Shown here piece by piece: positions 38,581 to 51,099 of a stretch of DNA of 64,000 nt (its first letter is position 1; the number at the start of each line of letters is the position of its first letter). The notes beneath the pieces are model-generated. The model was not told the DNA's origin. It saw nothing but the letters and a program-made list of their open reading frames with translations, and ran no database searches. This DNA comes from Malacoraja senta. Its lineage: Eukaryota. The stretch is taken from contig JAXLNO010000575.1 in assembly GCA_038087875.1 (NCBI GenBank), positions 1-64,000 on the forward strand. The letters are read 5' to 3'. A program made the position numbers and the translations under genes.

Positions 38581-39347
38581 TCAGTGTGGGAATGGGAGGG
38601 GGAGTTGAAGTGTTTGGCAACCGGGAGATCAGGCGGACTGAGCGAAGGTGTTCAATGAAACAATCGCCCGGTCTATGTAGAGTCCCATTGACGTGAGTTA
38701 ATCCGACATGTAATACAACACACTGACACTGGGTGGCAGTGCGGAGCCAGGGACAGAGGCTGGTTCCAGTCACTGTGAAAAGTCAAGCGTTTTATTGTCA
38801 AATGTACCGAAAATTGAGCAATTCAATACTTGATCAATAGACAATAGACAATAGGCGCAGGAGTAGGCCATTCGGCCCTTCGAACCAGCACCGCCATTCA
38901 ATGTGATCATGGCTGATCATCCCCGTTCCTGCCTTCTCCCCATATCCCCTGACTCCGCTATCTTTAAGAGCCCTATCTAGCTCTCTCTTGAAAGTATCCA
39001 GAGAACCTGCCTCCACCGCCCTCTGAGGCAGAGAATTCCACACTCACCACTCATCAATGTCCTCTTAGATCTGTCATTTACACACCTTGCCCTTCCATAT
39101 CTCTAGACACCCTCTCCCCTGACTCTCAGTCTGAAGAAGGGTCTCGACCCGAAACATCACCCATTTATTCTCTCCAGAGATGCTGTCTGTCCCGCTGAGT
39201 TACTCCAGCATCTTATGTCTGTTCTTACTTTTCAACAGTATGTGGTTTGTAAACACAATAGTCAGTGCTTAATAAACAAAACAATAGACAATAGGCAATA
39301 GGTGCAGGAGTAGGCCATTCGGCCCATCGAGCCAGCACCGCCATTCA

Positions 39348-40650
39348 GAAAGATGCTAGTCAATTATAAAAGATGAAATAGCCGCACATTTGGATAGCAC
39401 TAACAGGATCAGTCCGAGTCAGCATGGATTTACGAAGGGGAAATCACGCTTGACTAATCTTGTGGAGATTTTTGAGGATGTAACTAGGAAAATGGACAAG
39501 GGAGAGCCAGTGGATGTAGTGTACCTGGACTTTCAGAAAGCATTTGATAAGGTCCCACATAGGAGATTAGTGGGCAAAATGAGGGCACATGGTATTGGGG
39601 GTAGAGTGCTGACATGGATAGAGAAGTGGTTGGCAGACAGGAAACAAAGAGTAGGGATTAACGGGTCCCTTTCAGAATGGCAGGCAGTGACTAGTGGGGT
39701 ACCGCAAGGCTCGGTGCTGGGACCGCTGCTATTTACAATATACATCAATGATTTGGATGAAGGGATTCAAATAACATTAGCAAATTAGCAGATGACACAA
39801 AGCTGGGTGGCAGTGTGAACTGTGAAGAGGATGCTATGAGAATGCAGGGTGACTTGTACAGGTTGGGGGAGTTGGCGGATGCATGGCAGATGCAGTTTAA
39901 TGCGGATAAATGTGAAGTTATCCACTTTGGTATCAAAGACAGGAAGGCCGATTACTTTCTAAATGGCGTCAAGTTGAGAAAAGGGGAAGTACAACGGGAT
40001 CTGGGGGTCCTTGTACATCAGTCTATGAAAGTAAGCATGCAGGTACAGCAGGCAATGAAGAAAGCGAATGGCATGTTGGCCTTTATACAAGAGGAGTCGA
40101 GTATAGGAGCAAAGAGGTCCTTCTGCAGTTGTACAGGGTCCTAGTGAGACCACACCTGGAGTATAGTGTACAGTTTTGGTCCCCTAATCTGAGGAAGGAC
40201 ATTCTTGCTATTCAGGGTGTGCAGCGTAGGTTTACAAGGTTAATTCCCGGGATGGCGGGACTGTCATATGCTGAGAGAATGGGGCGGCTGGGCTTGTACA
40301 CTCTGTAGTTTAGAAGGATGAGAGGGGATCTTATTGAAACATATAAGATTGTTAAGGGTTTGAACACGCTAGAGGCAGGAAACATGTTCCCGATGTTGGG
40401 GGAGTCCAGAACCAGGGGCCACAGTTTAAGAATAAGGGGTAAGCCATTTAGAACGGAGACGAGGAAACATTTTTTCTCACAGAGAGTTGTGAGTCTGTGG
40501 AATTCTCTGCCTCAGAGGGCGGTGGAGGCAGGTTCTCTGGATGCTTTCAAAAGAGAGCTAGATAGGTCTCTTAAATATTCACATTGAATGGCTCGAAGGG
40601 CGGAATGGCCTACTCCTGCACCTATTGTCTATTGTCTATTGTCTATTGTC
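39348..40650 (+). mobile_element. CR1 LINE RT and 3' end
   Basis: [37 protein letters not shown]; (tattgtc)n tail. Confidence 0.9.
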
Positions 40651-41100
40651 AATGTGATCATGGCTGATCATCACTAATCTGTACCCTGTTCGTGCCTTCT
40701 CCCCATATCCCCTGACTCCGCTATCTTTAAGAGCCCTATCTAGCTCTCTCTTGAAAGTATCCAGAGAACTGTCTTTTCATAGCATTTCAAGCAGAGTACC
40801 GGGATGGGACCCTTTGGCCCATCAAGTCTACTCCGCCATTCAACGTTTAAGAAACATCAGACAGGTACATGGATAGGACAGGTTTAGAGGGATATGGGTC
40901 AAATGCTAGTTATACATGGGACATGTTGGCCAGTGTGTGCAAGATGAGCCGAAGTGTCTGTTTCCACGTTGTATCACTCTATGACTCTAGGCAGGAACTG
41001 CAGATATGTTCATGTCCATAAAAGTTTATGTTCATAATTGATAGGAGCAGAATTAGGCCATTCAGCCCATCAAGTCTACTCCGCCATTCAATCATGGCTG

Positions 41101-41600
41101 TGTAGTGGGGACTCGCAGGAGTCCAGCCAAAAATTAATCGGACACGTTGTGTGCACGAGATGTGTTTATGCTCTCCGATACAGCTCCCTACTCCTCCAAG
41201 ATCACGGGCGTTGCCTGGCCTTAACTACCAACTCAGATACAAACCCCATGTCTAGCGCCTCCCACACCAAGACACTGCCCTCCAGAGCCGAGGGTTCGTT
41301 GTGCCCGTGGCTTGCCACCAGGTGCCGCCACATGACGCCCCCCCCCCCCAGAACCAGAGGCACCGAACCGGACGGGACGCCGAATGAGGCAGCCAGAACG
41401 CGTAGATACCACCCCATGCCCCGGGGAGCTTGCTCTATTGGGACGAATCTCCTTGAGCCCGGGACGGCGGATGCCCGCGATGGGGCGGTTGAGCCAGCAG
41501 GTGCAGCCACAGCTGATCTATTCTCCCTCCTGCGACCAGCACCATCCTGCTGGAATCAATCCTACACCCAGAGACAACATCTTGATCTAACTGCTTGAAT
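41101..41600 (-). mobile_element. Gypsy-like remnant: integrase tail, PPT and 3' LTR (41101-41332)
   Basis: Minus strand: TRSGCLIRRPVRF-like tail, a G run, then tgtggcgg...ccactaca with TG..CA ends. Confidence 0.6.
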
Positions 41601-42588
41601 ATAGAACAGGGAACAACAGTACGGAAGGTAGAAACAAAATGTTATTGTGTTCAGTTCTGGGCACCATGTTCCAGGAAAGATATCGTCAAGCTGGAAAGGG
41701 TGCAGAGAAGATTCACGAGGATGTTGCTGGGACTAGAGGGTGTGAGCTACAGGGAGAGGTTGTATAGGCTGGGTCTCTATTCCATGGAGCGCAGGAGGAT
41801 GAGGGGAGATCTTATAGAGGTGTATAAAATCATGAGGGGAATAGATCAGGGAGATGCAGAGTCTATTGCCCAGAGTAGGGGAAATCAAGGACCAAGGTGA
41901 AGGTGAAGGGGAAAAGATTTAATAGGAATCTGAGGGGTAACTTTTTCACACAGAGGGTGGTGGGTGTATGGAACAAGCTGCCGAAGTAGGTAGTTGAGGC
42001 TGGGACTATCCCAGAAACAGTTAGACAGGTACATGGATAGTACAGGTTTGGAGGAATATGGACCAAACGCGGACAAGTGGGACTAGTGTAGCTGGGACAT
42101 GTTGGCCGATGTGGGCATGTTGGGCAGAAGGGCCTGTTTCTACGTTGTATCACTCTGTGACTCTATGACAATGGCACTGTGGGGATGTAAGCTACCCAAG
42201 CGGAATATGAGGCGCTGCTCCTCCAGTTTGCATGTGGCCTCACTCTGGCAATGGAGGAGGCCCAGGACAGAAAGGTCAGTGTAGGAATGGGAGGGGGAGT
42301 TAAAATGGTTGGCAACCGGGAGATCAGGACCTAACTTCCACACTGCATCACTCTGTAACTCCATGAGGTACTCATTCAATATCTTGTCCGTCTCCTGTGA
42401 CTCCACACATAGATGACCACACTAATCCAGAAGATGACCTAGTCTTTACCTTCTGGAGTCGATGGAAGGGAGGGTGGTGGTGGAGAGGGAGTCCCTGGTC
42501 AGACCCAGTGATCATGAAGGATGTAAGGCAGGGTGGTAGAGGGGAACCAGTGTGTGGTGGTGTTTCCCGGCTCCGGCCGCTCTTCCCA

Positions 42589-42916
42589 TTTAGTTTAATT
42601 TGGAGATACAGCATGGAAAGAGGCCCTTCGGCCCACCGAGTCGCCGCCATCCAGCGATCCCCGCACACTAGCACTATCCTATACACACACAAGTTACATC
42701 ACTATCCTAATTGGTCAATTTATATTTGTACCAAGACAATTAACCTACAAGCCTGCACGTCTTTGGAGTGTGGGAGGAAACCGGAGCACCCGGAGAAAAC
42801 CCATGCAGTTCACGGGGAGAAGGTACAAACTCCGTACAGACTGCACCCGTAGTCAGGATCGAACCCAGGTCTCTGGCGCTGTGAGGCAACAGCTTTACCC
42901 GCTGCACCACCGTGCC
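42589..42916 (-). mobile_element. tRNA-derived SINE (HE1/V-SINE-like)
   Basis: A and B boxes, V-domain and CR1-like tail gggccgaagggcct..(taaac)n. Further partial copies near 24500-24722, 24860-24985 and 45565-45752. Confidence 0.82.
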
Positions 42917-45046
42917 ACTCGAGACGATGCGGAGGAGGTTTGCCAGATGTTTGCCTGCATTAGAGACCGTTAGTTATACAGAGAGGTTGGACAAACTCCA
43001 CAGCCGTCTGTGGCAATGAGTTCCACAGATTCACCACCCTCTGGCTAAAGAAATTCCTCCTCAACTCCTTCCTAAAGGAACGTCCTTTAATTCTGAGGCT
43101 GTGCCCTCTGGTCCTAGACTCTCCCACTAGTGGTAACATCCTCTCCACATCCACTCCATCCAGGCCTTTCACTACTCAGTTTAGTTTAGTTTATCAAGTC
43201 AGTTTAAGTTCAGTTTATTGTCCCGTGTACTGAGGTACAGTGAAAAGCTTTTGTTGCATGCTAACCAGTCAGTGGAAAGACAATACGTGATTACAATCGA
43301 GCCGTCCACAGTGTACAGATACATGTTAAGGGAATAACGTTTAGTGCAAGGTAAAGCCAGCAAAGTCCAATCACGGATAGTCCGAGGATCTGCAATGAGG
43401 TAGATAGTAGTTCAGGACCGCTCTCTGGTTGTAGCAGGATGGTTCAGTTGCCTGATGACTGTTGGGAAGAAACAGAATGTAAATGATATGAGAATTGTGC
43501 CTAGCGACATACAGCAGGGAAAGAAGCCATTCGGCCCAACTTGTCCATGCTGTTCAAGTTGCCTTTATTTGGTGCATTTACAATAGGCAATAGGTGCACG
43601 AGTAAGCCATTCGGCCCTTCGAGCCAGCACCCCATTCAATATGATCATGGCTAATCATCCCAATCAGTACCCCCGTTCCTGCCTTCTCCCCATATCCCCT
43701 GACTCCGCTATCTTTAAGAGATCTATGTAGCTCTCTCTTGATAGTATCCAGAGAACTGCCCTCCACCGCCCTCTGAGGCAGAGAATTCCACAGACTCACA
43801 ACTCTCTGTGAGAAAAAGTGTTTTCTCATCTCTGTTCTAAATGGTTCACCCCTTATTCTTAAACTATGGCCCCTGGTTCTGGTCTCCCCCAACATCGGGA
43901 ACATGTTTCCTGCCTTTAGCGTGTCCAAACCCTTAATAATCTTGTAGGGCTTGGACATGCTAGAGGCGTGTCCTCGAAACCTTTCTATCCATGTACCTGC
44001 CCAAGTGTTTTTCATTCTCTCCAGAGATGCCGCCTGCCCCGCTGAGTTACTCCAGCTTTTTGTGTCTCTCTTCATGTGTCTTTTACATATTATTACAGTA
44101 GCCACCTCAACTACCTCCATTGGAAGCTCGTTCCATGCACCCACCACCCTCTGTGTGGAAAAAGTTGCCCCTCATGTTCCTATTAAATCTTTCCCCTCTC
44201 ACCTTAAACCTGTGTCCACTGGTTCTTGATTCCCCTACTCTGGGTAAAATACCAGATAATTGTGGTCAAAGAACTATCAATGTTTGGATGAGGGGATTGA
44301 AGGCTTTCAGGCCAAGTTTGTGGATGGTACTAAGATAGGTGGAGGGGCAGGTAGTGTAGAGAAAGCAGGGATTGCAGAAGGACTTGGACAGGTTGGGAAG
44401 TGGGCAGAGAAGTGGCAGATGGAATATAGTGTAGCAAAGTGTGGAGTCATGCATTTTGGTCGTAGGAATAAAGGCGTAGACTATTTTCTAAATGGGAATC
44501 GGAGGTATAAAGGGACTTGGGAGGTGGTGCAGGATTCCCAACACGTTAATCTGCTAGTCAAATCGGTAGTCAGGAAGGAAAATGAAACGCTAGCATTTAT
44601 TTCGAGAGGGTTAGAATATAAAAACAGGGATGTAATGCTGAGACTCTATAAGGCGATGGTCAGCCTGCATTTGGAATATTGTGAGCAATTCTGGGTCCCA
44701 TATCTGAGGAAGGGTGTGCTTTAGTCACAGGGTGGTGAATCTGTGGAATTCTTTACCACAGAAGGCTGTGGAGGCCATAAGTCAGTGGATATATTTAAGG
44801 CAGAGATAGATAGATTCTTGATTAGTACGGGTGTCAGGGGTTATGGGGAGAAAGCAGGAGAATGGAGTTAGGAGGGAGAGATAGATCAGCCATGCTTGAA
44901 TGGCAGAGTAGACTCGATGGGCCGAATGGCCTAATTCTGTTCCTATAACATATGAACATGGAATGGGGAGAAGAAGGAATGACCGGGGTGGGACAGGGCT
45001 TATGTCAACTGCTTTCCCGAGGCAGCGTGAAGTGTAGATGGAGTCG

Positions 45047-45452
45047 ATGGTGGGGAGTGTGGTCTGTGTGATGGACTGGGCTACATCTACAATGGTGGGG
45101 AGTGTGGTCTGTGTGATGGACTGGGCTACATCTACAATGGTGGGGAGTGTGGTCTGTGTGAGGGACTGGGCTACATCTACAATGGTGGGGAGTGTGGTCT
45201 GTGTGATGGACTGGGCTACATCTACAATGGTGGGGAGTGTGGTCTGTGTGACGGACTGGGCTACATCTACAATGGTGGGGAGTGTGGTCTGTGTGACGGA
45301 CTGGGCCACATCTACAATGGTGGGGAGTGTGGTCTGTGTGACGGACTGGGCCACATCTACAATGGTGGGGAGTGTGGTCTGTGTGATGGACTGGGCCACA
45401 TCTACAATGGTGGGGAGTGTGGTCTGTGTGATGGACTGGGCCACATCTACAA
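45047..45452. repeat. Minisatellite, 45-bp unit x9, derived from a Rex/Babar ORF end
   Basis: Minus strand translates (IVDVAQSITQTTLPT)n between KKLQRV and IDSIYTSRCLGKA. Confidence 0.95.
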
Positions 45453-46163
45453 CTCTCTGCAATTTCTTGCATCCCAATAAGAAAGTGCATCTGCAGACAT
45501 TAGTAAAATCATTAGAGACATGCCTAGTCTTCTAAGGAAGTAGAGGCATTGGTGTGCAATATTATAGACTTTAGAGGCACATCACGGAAACAGGCCCTTC
45601 AGCCCGCCGAGTCCGAGCCGACCATTGATCACCCCGTACACTAACACTATCCCACACACACCAAAGCCAATTAACCTACAAACCCGCACGTGTTTGGAGT
45701 GTGGGAGGAAACCGAAGATCTTGGAGAAAACCCACGCAGGTCACGGGGAGAACATCCCTCACAACGGCCCCCCCACGTCGAGTCCTAATTGTTCTTCACG
45801 GCGATCCCCACACGCCCGGCTCCCATTGCCTTCCCCTCCTTTCTAAAGGAACATCCTTTAATTCTGAGTCTGTGCCCTCTAGTCCTAGACCCTCACACTA
45901 GTGGAAACATCCTCTCCACATCCACTCTATCCGGGCCTTTCACTGTTCGGTGAGTTATGTTGAAGGCCAACTGAATGAGCAGGAGAATCGAGGCCGGGTG
46001 GAAACCAAAGGTCTTTTATTTCACAGCAACCGTACAGAATACATGTTGAAGCAACGCCAGCTTACTGAAGCTAAGCTCGCGGTTCCAGGCAGAAACAGGA
46101 AAAACAAACCACTCTTTTGTGGAAACCACGAACTGCAGATACTGGTGAATATACAAAAGGACA

Positions 46164-46449
46164 GAGAATGCTGGAGTAACTCAGCGGGTCAGGCAGCATC
46201 TGTGGAGAACGCGGATAGGTGACATTTCACAGGGTGCTGGAGTAACTCAGTGGGTCAGGCAGCATCTGTTGAGAACATGGATAGGTGACGTTTCACAGAG
46301 TGCTGGAGTAACTCAGCGGGTCAGGCAGCATCTGTGGAGAACATGGATAGGTGACGTTTCACAGAGTGCTGGAGTAACTCAGCGGGTCAGGCAGTATCTG
46401 TGGAGAACATAGATAGGTGACGTTTCACAAAGTGCTGGAGTTACTCAGT
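46164..46449 (-). repeat. 66-bp tandem repeat (4 units plus partial) of a Penelope terminal-repeat segment
   Basis: agagtgctggagtaactcagcgggtcaggcagcatctgtggagaacatggataggtgacgtttcac repeated. Confidence 0.9.
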
Positions 46450-47189
46450 CCAACAGGTAGAGCAATGGGGAAGATACAGAGTGCAGAATATAGTTCTCAG
46501 CATTGTAGCGCATCAGTTCCAGAGACAAAGTCCAATGTCCGCAATGGGGTAGAGGTGAATCGGACAGTACCCTAGCTTGTGGAAGGGCCATTCAGAAGCC
46601 TGATAACAGAGGGGAAGAAGCTGTTCCTGAGTCTGGTGGTGCGCTCTTTCAAGCTTCTGTACCTTCTGCCGGACGGGAGCGGGGAGAAGAAGGAATGACC
46701 GGGGTGGGACAGGGACACGTCTTTGATGATGTCGGCTGCTTTCCCGAGGCAGCGTGAAGTGTTGAGTCAACATCTCTTTAGGTTTCAGGTTATTATGAGT
46801 CCAGTGTCTGCAATGGGGTGGCGATGAATCGGACCGTACCCTCGTTCACCCATAGTGGACATTGGACTTTGTCTTTGTCTATGGTTGGACACCATGTGTG
46901 TCTTCATTATCTCCAGCGCTCGATTGATACAGTGGTTCTTGGACACTTTCATTTACAGGCATATGCCCAGGACTCAAGAACCTGAACTGTTTCCGAGAGA
47001 GGTTAAGCAGGCTAGGACTTTATTCCTTGGAGCACAGGAGGATGAGGGGTGATCTTATAGAATTGAGTATGATGAGGGGGATAGAGAGAGGTGAATGAGA
47101 GAGTCTTATACCCAGAGTAGGGGAATCAAAAACCAGAGGACATAAGGTTAAGGTGTGGGAAAGATTTAATAGGAACCTGAGGGGCAACC

Positions 47190-49410
47190 TGTAAATACCT
47201 TAGTCTCACACAGGTTGAAGCACAAGCATCTTTATTGTCTAGTTCATCATTACATATGCAGTACATGACACGTTCAGTCTACTGGAGCTACTGCCAGGCA
47301 GTGGGAGAGTTCTTACACTATGAATCATATAATTAGGCAGTTATAATTACTAAGCATTCTGATTGGCTAACATGCAATAGCCAATCTACATCTCTTCTTA
47401 TATAAATGAAAAAACAACTAAGGCATTTCAACCTATAAACCGAATAAATAATAATTGGGTTAAACATAATCGCCATATCTAATAGATGGCCTGCTAACCC
47501 GCCCGGTCCTCGTACAGTATGGGGCTGCCTCATCAACCTTTTCCTCCAAAAAGTTGGGGGCTGGGGTAGGTAAATCCGTGGGTTTGTGGGGAGAGACTGC
47601 AGGGGAACCTGGGGTGGACCGTCGCGGGGATTCTGGGGTGCCGGTTACAACAGGGGAAGCAGGGACAGACCGACGCGGGGAGTGGGCGGACCCGGTAGCG
47701 GCAGGTGCTGGAACGGCTGCATCATCATTCGCTGTAGTCGAGCTGGGGCAGCATGGATAGACTTGCTCAGGATGGTGACCAGTGGCTGGTGGTCCGTTTC
47801 GACCGTGAAGGTTTTGCCAAAGATAAAGTCTTTAAATTTTGAACAGGCAAAAACCCACGGCGAGCATTTCCTTCTCTATCTGAGCATAGCGTTGTTCAGT
47901 TTCAGTCAGGGTGTGTGATGTGCAAGAAATAGGCATCACATCGTCGTCGAAGGATGTTTGTAGGCATGCTGCGTCTAGCCCATACTGGGATGCATCAGGT
48001 TGACTGGCAGGTTGAGATTGAATTATGCCAGTGTAGGCGCGCTAGCTAGCTGTAGTTTTAAAGTCTCGAAAGCTCTTTGGTGTTGTGGGTACCAAGACCA
48101 TGCATTGTCCTTGTGGGTCAGTTGTCGTAGGGGAGCAGAAAGTTCACTGAGGTTGGGAATAAACTTGCCCAAGTAGTTGACCATGCCGAGGAATCGTTGT
48201 AAGCTGGTGACGTCGGTTGGGACCGGCAGCTCGTTGATGGCTGCAGTCTTTAGTGGATCAGGTTTTAATCCATTGCTGGCGAACAAGTGATCGACGTATG
48301 TAACTTCGGGGACTCTGAACTTGCATTTCAGAGGGTTGAGTTTCAGATTAATGTCTCTGGCACGGTTCAATATCATTTTCAGGTTGGCATCATGCTCGGT
48401 CACATCGCAACCGTATACTAGGATGTCGTCAACAATGATAGCACGTGGATATTCTGTGAATAGTTGTTCCTTTGCGCGCTGAAAGACTTCGCTAGCAGAG
48501 TTGATACCAAAGGGCATTCTTAAAAACCTGTAGCGGCCGAACGGTGTGGCAAAAGTTGTGAGGGCAGACGATGCTCGGTCCAACGGGATTTGCCAGAAAG
48601 AGCTTTGGCATCGAGCACTGAGTATACCGTTGCATTACCAATCTGTGCCGCTACATCCTCAGTGGTTCTCATCGGATAGTGCTGGCGTTTGATAGCTGTG
48701 TTTAAATCTTTAGGGTTGATGCAGATGCGTAATTCTTTCTTATCTTTTTTTGTGGTGACGACCATAGTGGACCAGTCCGAGGGTTCACTGACCTCAGCAA
48801 TGACTCCGATGGAGATCATACGCTTGAGTTCGGTGTGTATTCTCTCCCGCATGCCATGGGGGACACGGTGAGGTGCACAAACTATTGGGGTGAGAGTATG
48901 ATCTACAGTGATCTTGTATATCGTAGGCAATTTGCCGAGTTTGTCGTCAAATAAGTCTTTATAGTTGGATAGCATCTGTTGTGTTGGTTCCTCTGTCAAA
49001 CAGAGTTTGTGGACAGCACGCCTGAAATAAACCAGACCCAGGTCGTGGCATGCATTGATGCCAAGCAAGGTTTCTGAGTTCTGGTTGGACAATGTAGAAG
49101 GCTAGGTTTTTTGTCTGCTCGTTGACAGTGCACTTTAAATCAGCTTTACCCAACGGGTGTAGAACTCCCCCCCCCCCACCCCCCCCCTGTAAGCATGTGG
49201 GGTGGAGGGGTCTTTTTTCATGAGTTCAGTGGGTCTTATCTTGTTGAACTCTTTGAGTGACATTACGTTCACTCTGGCGCCAGTGTCGACTTTGGCGTTC
49301 AAAGCTTTGTTATTGATTGTCATGGTCACTGCAGGATCCATCAGTTTGCCTGGGGAGCGCAGGTTTAGGGAGAGTACGGTAGAGTCCGTGTCTGTGTTAT
49401 CGGAATCGTT
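47190..49410 (-). mobile_element. Gypsy LTR retrotransposon remnant (protease, RT, RNase H; integrase core deleted; 3' LTR 47190-47390)
   Basis: [63 protein letters not shown] aagaagaga precedes a 201-bp TGTA..TACA LTR containing aataaa. Inserted in a CR1 fragment. Confidence 0.92.
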
Positions 49411-49948
49411 ACTTTTTACACAAAGGGTGGTGGGTGTATGGAACGAGATGCTGGAAAAGATAGATGAGGGGGGACTATCACAACGTTTAAGAGATATTTA
49501 GACAGGTACATGGATAGGACAGGTTTGGAGGGACCTGAACCAAACACGGGCCTAGTATATATTGGGCATGTAGGTCGGTGTGGGCAAGTTGGGCCGAAGG
49601 GCCTATTTCCACGCTGTATCGCTCTTGCTGCAACATTCAGATTGGACACATCCCCATATGGTGCTTCTGCGGAGCTCAGTAAAAGTCACTGGAGACTTGC
49701 CAGAAATTCTAGTGTAGGAAGGAACTGCAGATCTTAATGGGTATTCTTATGGCGGAGATGGCCAAATTCTTGATTAGTATGGTTAAGGGGAGAAGGCAGG
49801 AGAATGGGGTTAGGAGGGAGAGATAGATCAGCCATGACTGAATGGCAGAGTAGACTTGATGGGCAGAATGGCCTAATTTCTGCTCCAAGGACTTATGATG
49901 CCTCGCCAATCCATGTGCTCCAGTTACTCCAGCAATTTGTGTCTTTTG

Positions 49949-51055
49949 TTAGGAAGGGGTGGGATGGGGGTGGAGGAGGGGTTGGGGTAGGGTGAGGGGG
50001 GGGGAGGTGGGGGAAGGGGTGTCTAAATGGTGGTGGATGTCTGCCCAAATACTGTGGTTGAGCGTGATTGCTTGAATTGGTTTTCTTCGCTTTCTCTTTA
50101 TGAGGCCTTTATGAGCCATGAGTTTGACCAGGTTCCTCCTGAACTTCACCCCGATGAAGGCGTAGAGGATTGGGTTGATGCAGCTGTGAAGAAAGGCCAA
50201 GAACTGTGTGGCCAGCACGGCCCTGACCCAGGGGCCAAGCTTGATGCAGGTGAGTTCAATGTATTTGGCTCTTATTAGCATGTCCACAACCATGGTTAGA
50301 TGGTGGGGCAGAAAGCACGCCAGGAAGGCCAGCACCACCGCGATGATGACCTTCATGGCTTTCTGCTTCTGGAAGCCCTTGGTCTGGCACAGTTTCCACA
50401 CGGTGACGGTGTAGCAGAAGACCATGGTGGCCAGCGGCATGAGGAAGCCAATGATCAGGTGACTAACTTTGATGCTCAGTTTCCACCATTCGTCAAATTT
50501 GCCATCGTATACCTCGTTACAGACGAACCGATGAAATACATCGACGTAGAACACTTCATTGTGGAGGATGGGCGAGGACAGGAGCAGGGCCATGAGCCAG
50601 ACGGCGGCACACACCAGTTTGACTAGCCACGGCCTCTTGTGGCCGTGCGACTGGGCAGAGCGGACAATGGCCAGGTAGCGGTCCACGCTGATGCAGGCCA
50701 GCAGCAGGATGCCACTGTAAAAGTTCACCTCCTGCAACATACTGATCACCTTACACATGGCATCACCAAACACCCAGCCAGACACGGCGTCCACTGCCCA
50801 GAAGGGCAGGGTGAGGGCAAAGAGCAGGTCGGCCGTGGCCAGATGGAGCAGGTAGACGTCCGTGGACGAGATGGAGCGACGGTTGTGAAGGATGACCACC
50901 ATCACCAACAGGTTCCCCGTCACGGCCAAGAGACACACCAGGCTACACACCACCGCCGTGATGGTCTTCATGGACACAAACTCACATAGAAATGCGTCAG
51001 AATCGAAAGTAACGGAAACGTTTTCAGTTCCGTTTGTGGACCACGGGGAAGACAT
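49949..51055 (-). CDS. CXCR1/2-like C-X-C chemokine receptor (copy B) with frameshifted C-terminal tail
   Basis: Seven-TM class [90 protein letters not shown]. Single coding exon with acceptor ttccag 4 nt before the ATG. Confidence 0.9.
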   Translation of the reverse strand: MSSPWSTNGTENVSVTFDSDAFLCEFVSMKTITAVVCSLVCLLAVTGNLLVMVVILHNRRSISSTDVYLLHLATADLLFALTLPFWAVDAVSGWVFGDAMCKVISMLQEVNFYSGILLLACISVDRYLAIVRSAQSHGHKRPWLVKLVCAAVWLMALLLSSPILHNEVFYVDVFHRFVCNEVYDGKFDEWWKLSIKVSHLIIGFLMPLATMVFCYTVTVWKLCQTKGFQKQKAMKVIIAVVLAFLACFLPHHLTMVVDMLIRAKYIELTCIKLGPWVRAVLATQFLAFLHSCINPILYAFIGVKFRRNLVKLMAHKGLIKRKRRKPIQAITLNHSIWADIHHHLDTPSPTSPPLTLPQPLLHPHPTPS

Positions 51056-51099
51056 TTTTCTGGAACAAAAAAGTTTAACAAAGTTTAAGAATGTTTAAG

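Noticed and set aside
44782..45535. Repeat-protein ORFs (231, 161 and 165 aa; His/Cys-rich)
   Set aside because: Frames stay open because a stop-free 45-bp unit is tandemly repeated inside a LINE fragment.
45957..46110. Possible solo LTR fragment
   Set aside because: Only a TG start and a minus-strand aataaa; no matching end, PPT or TSD found.
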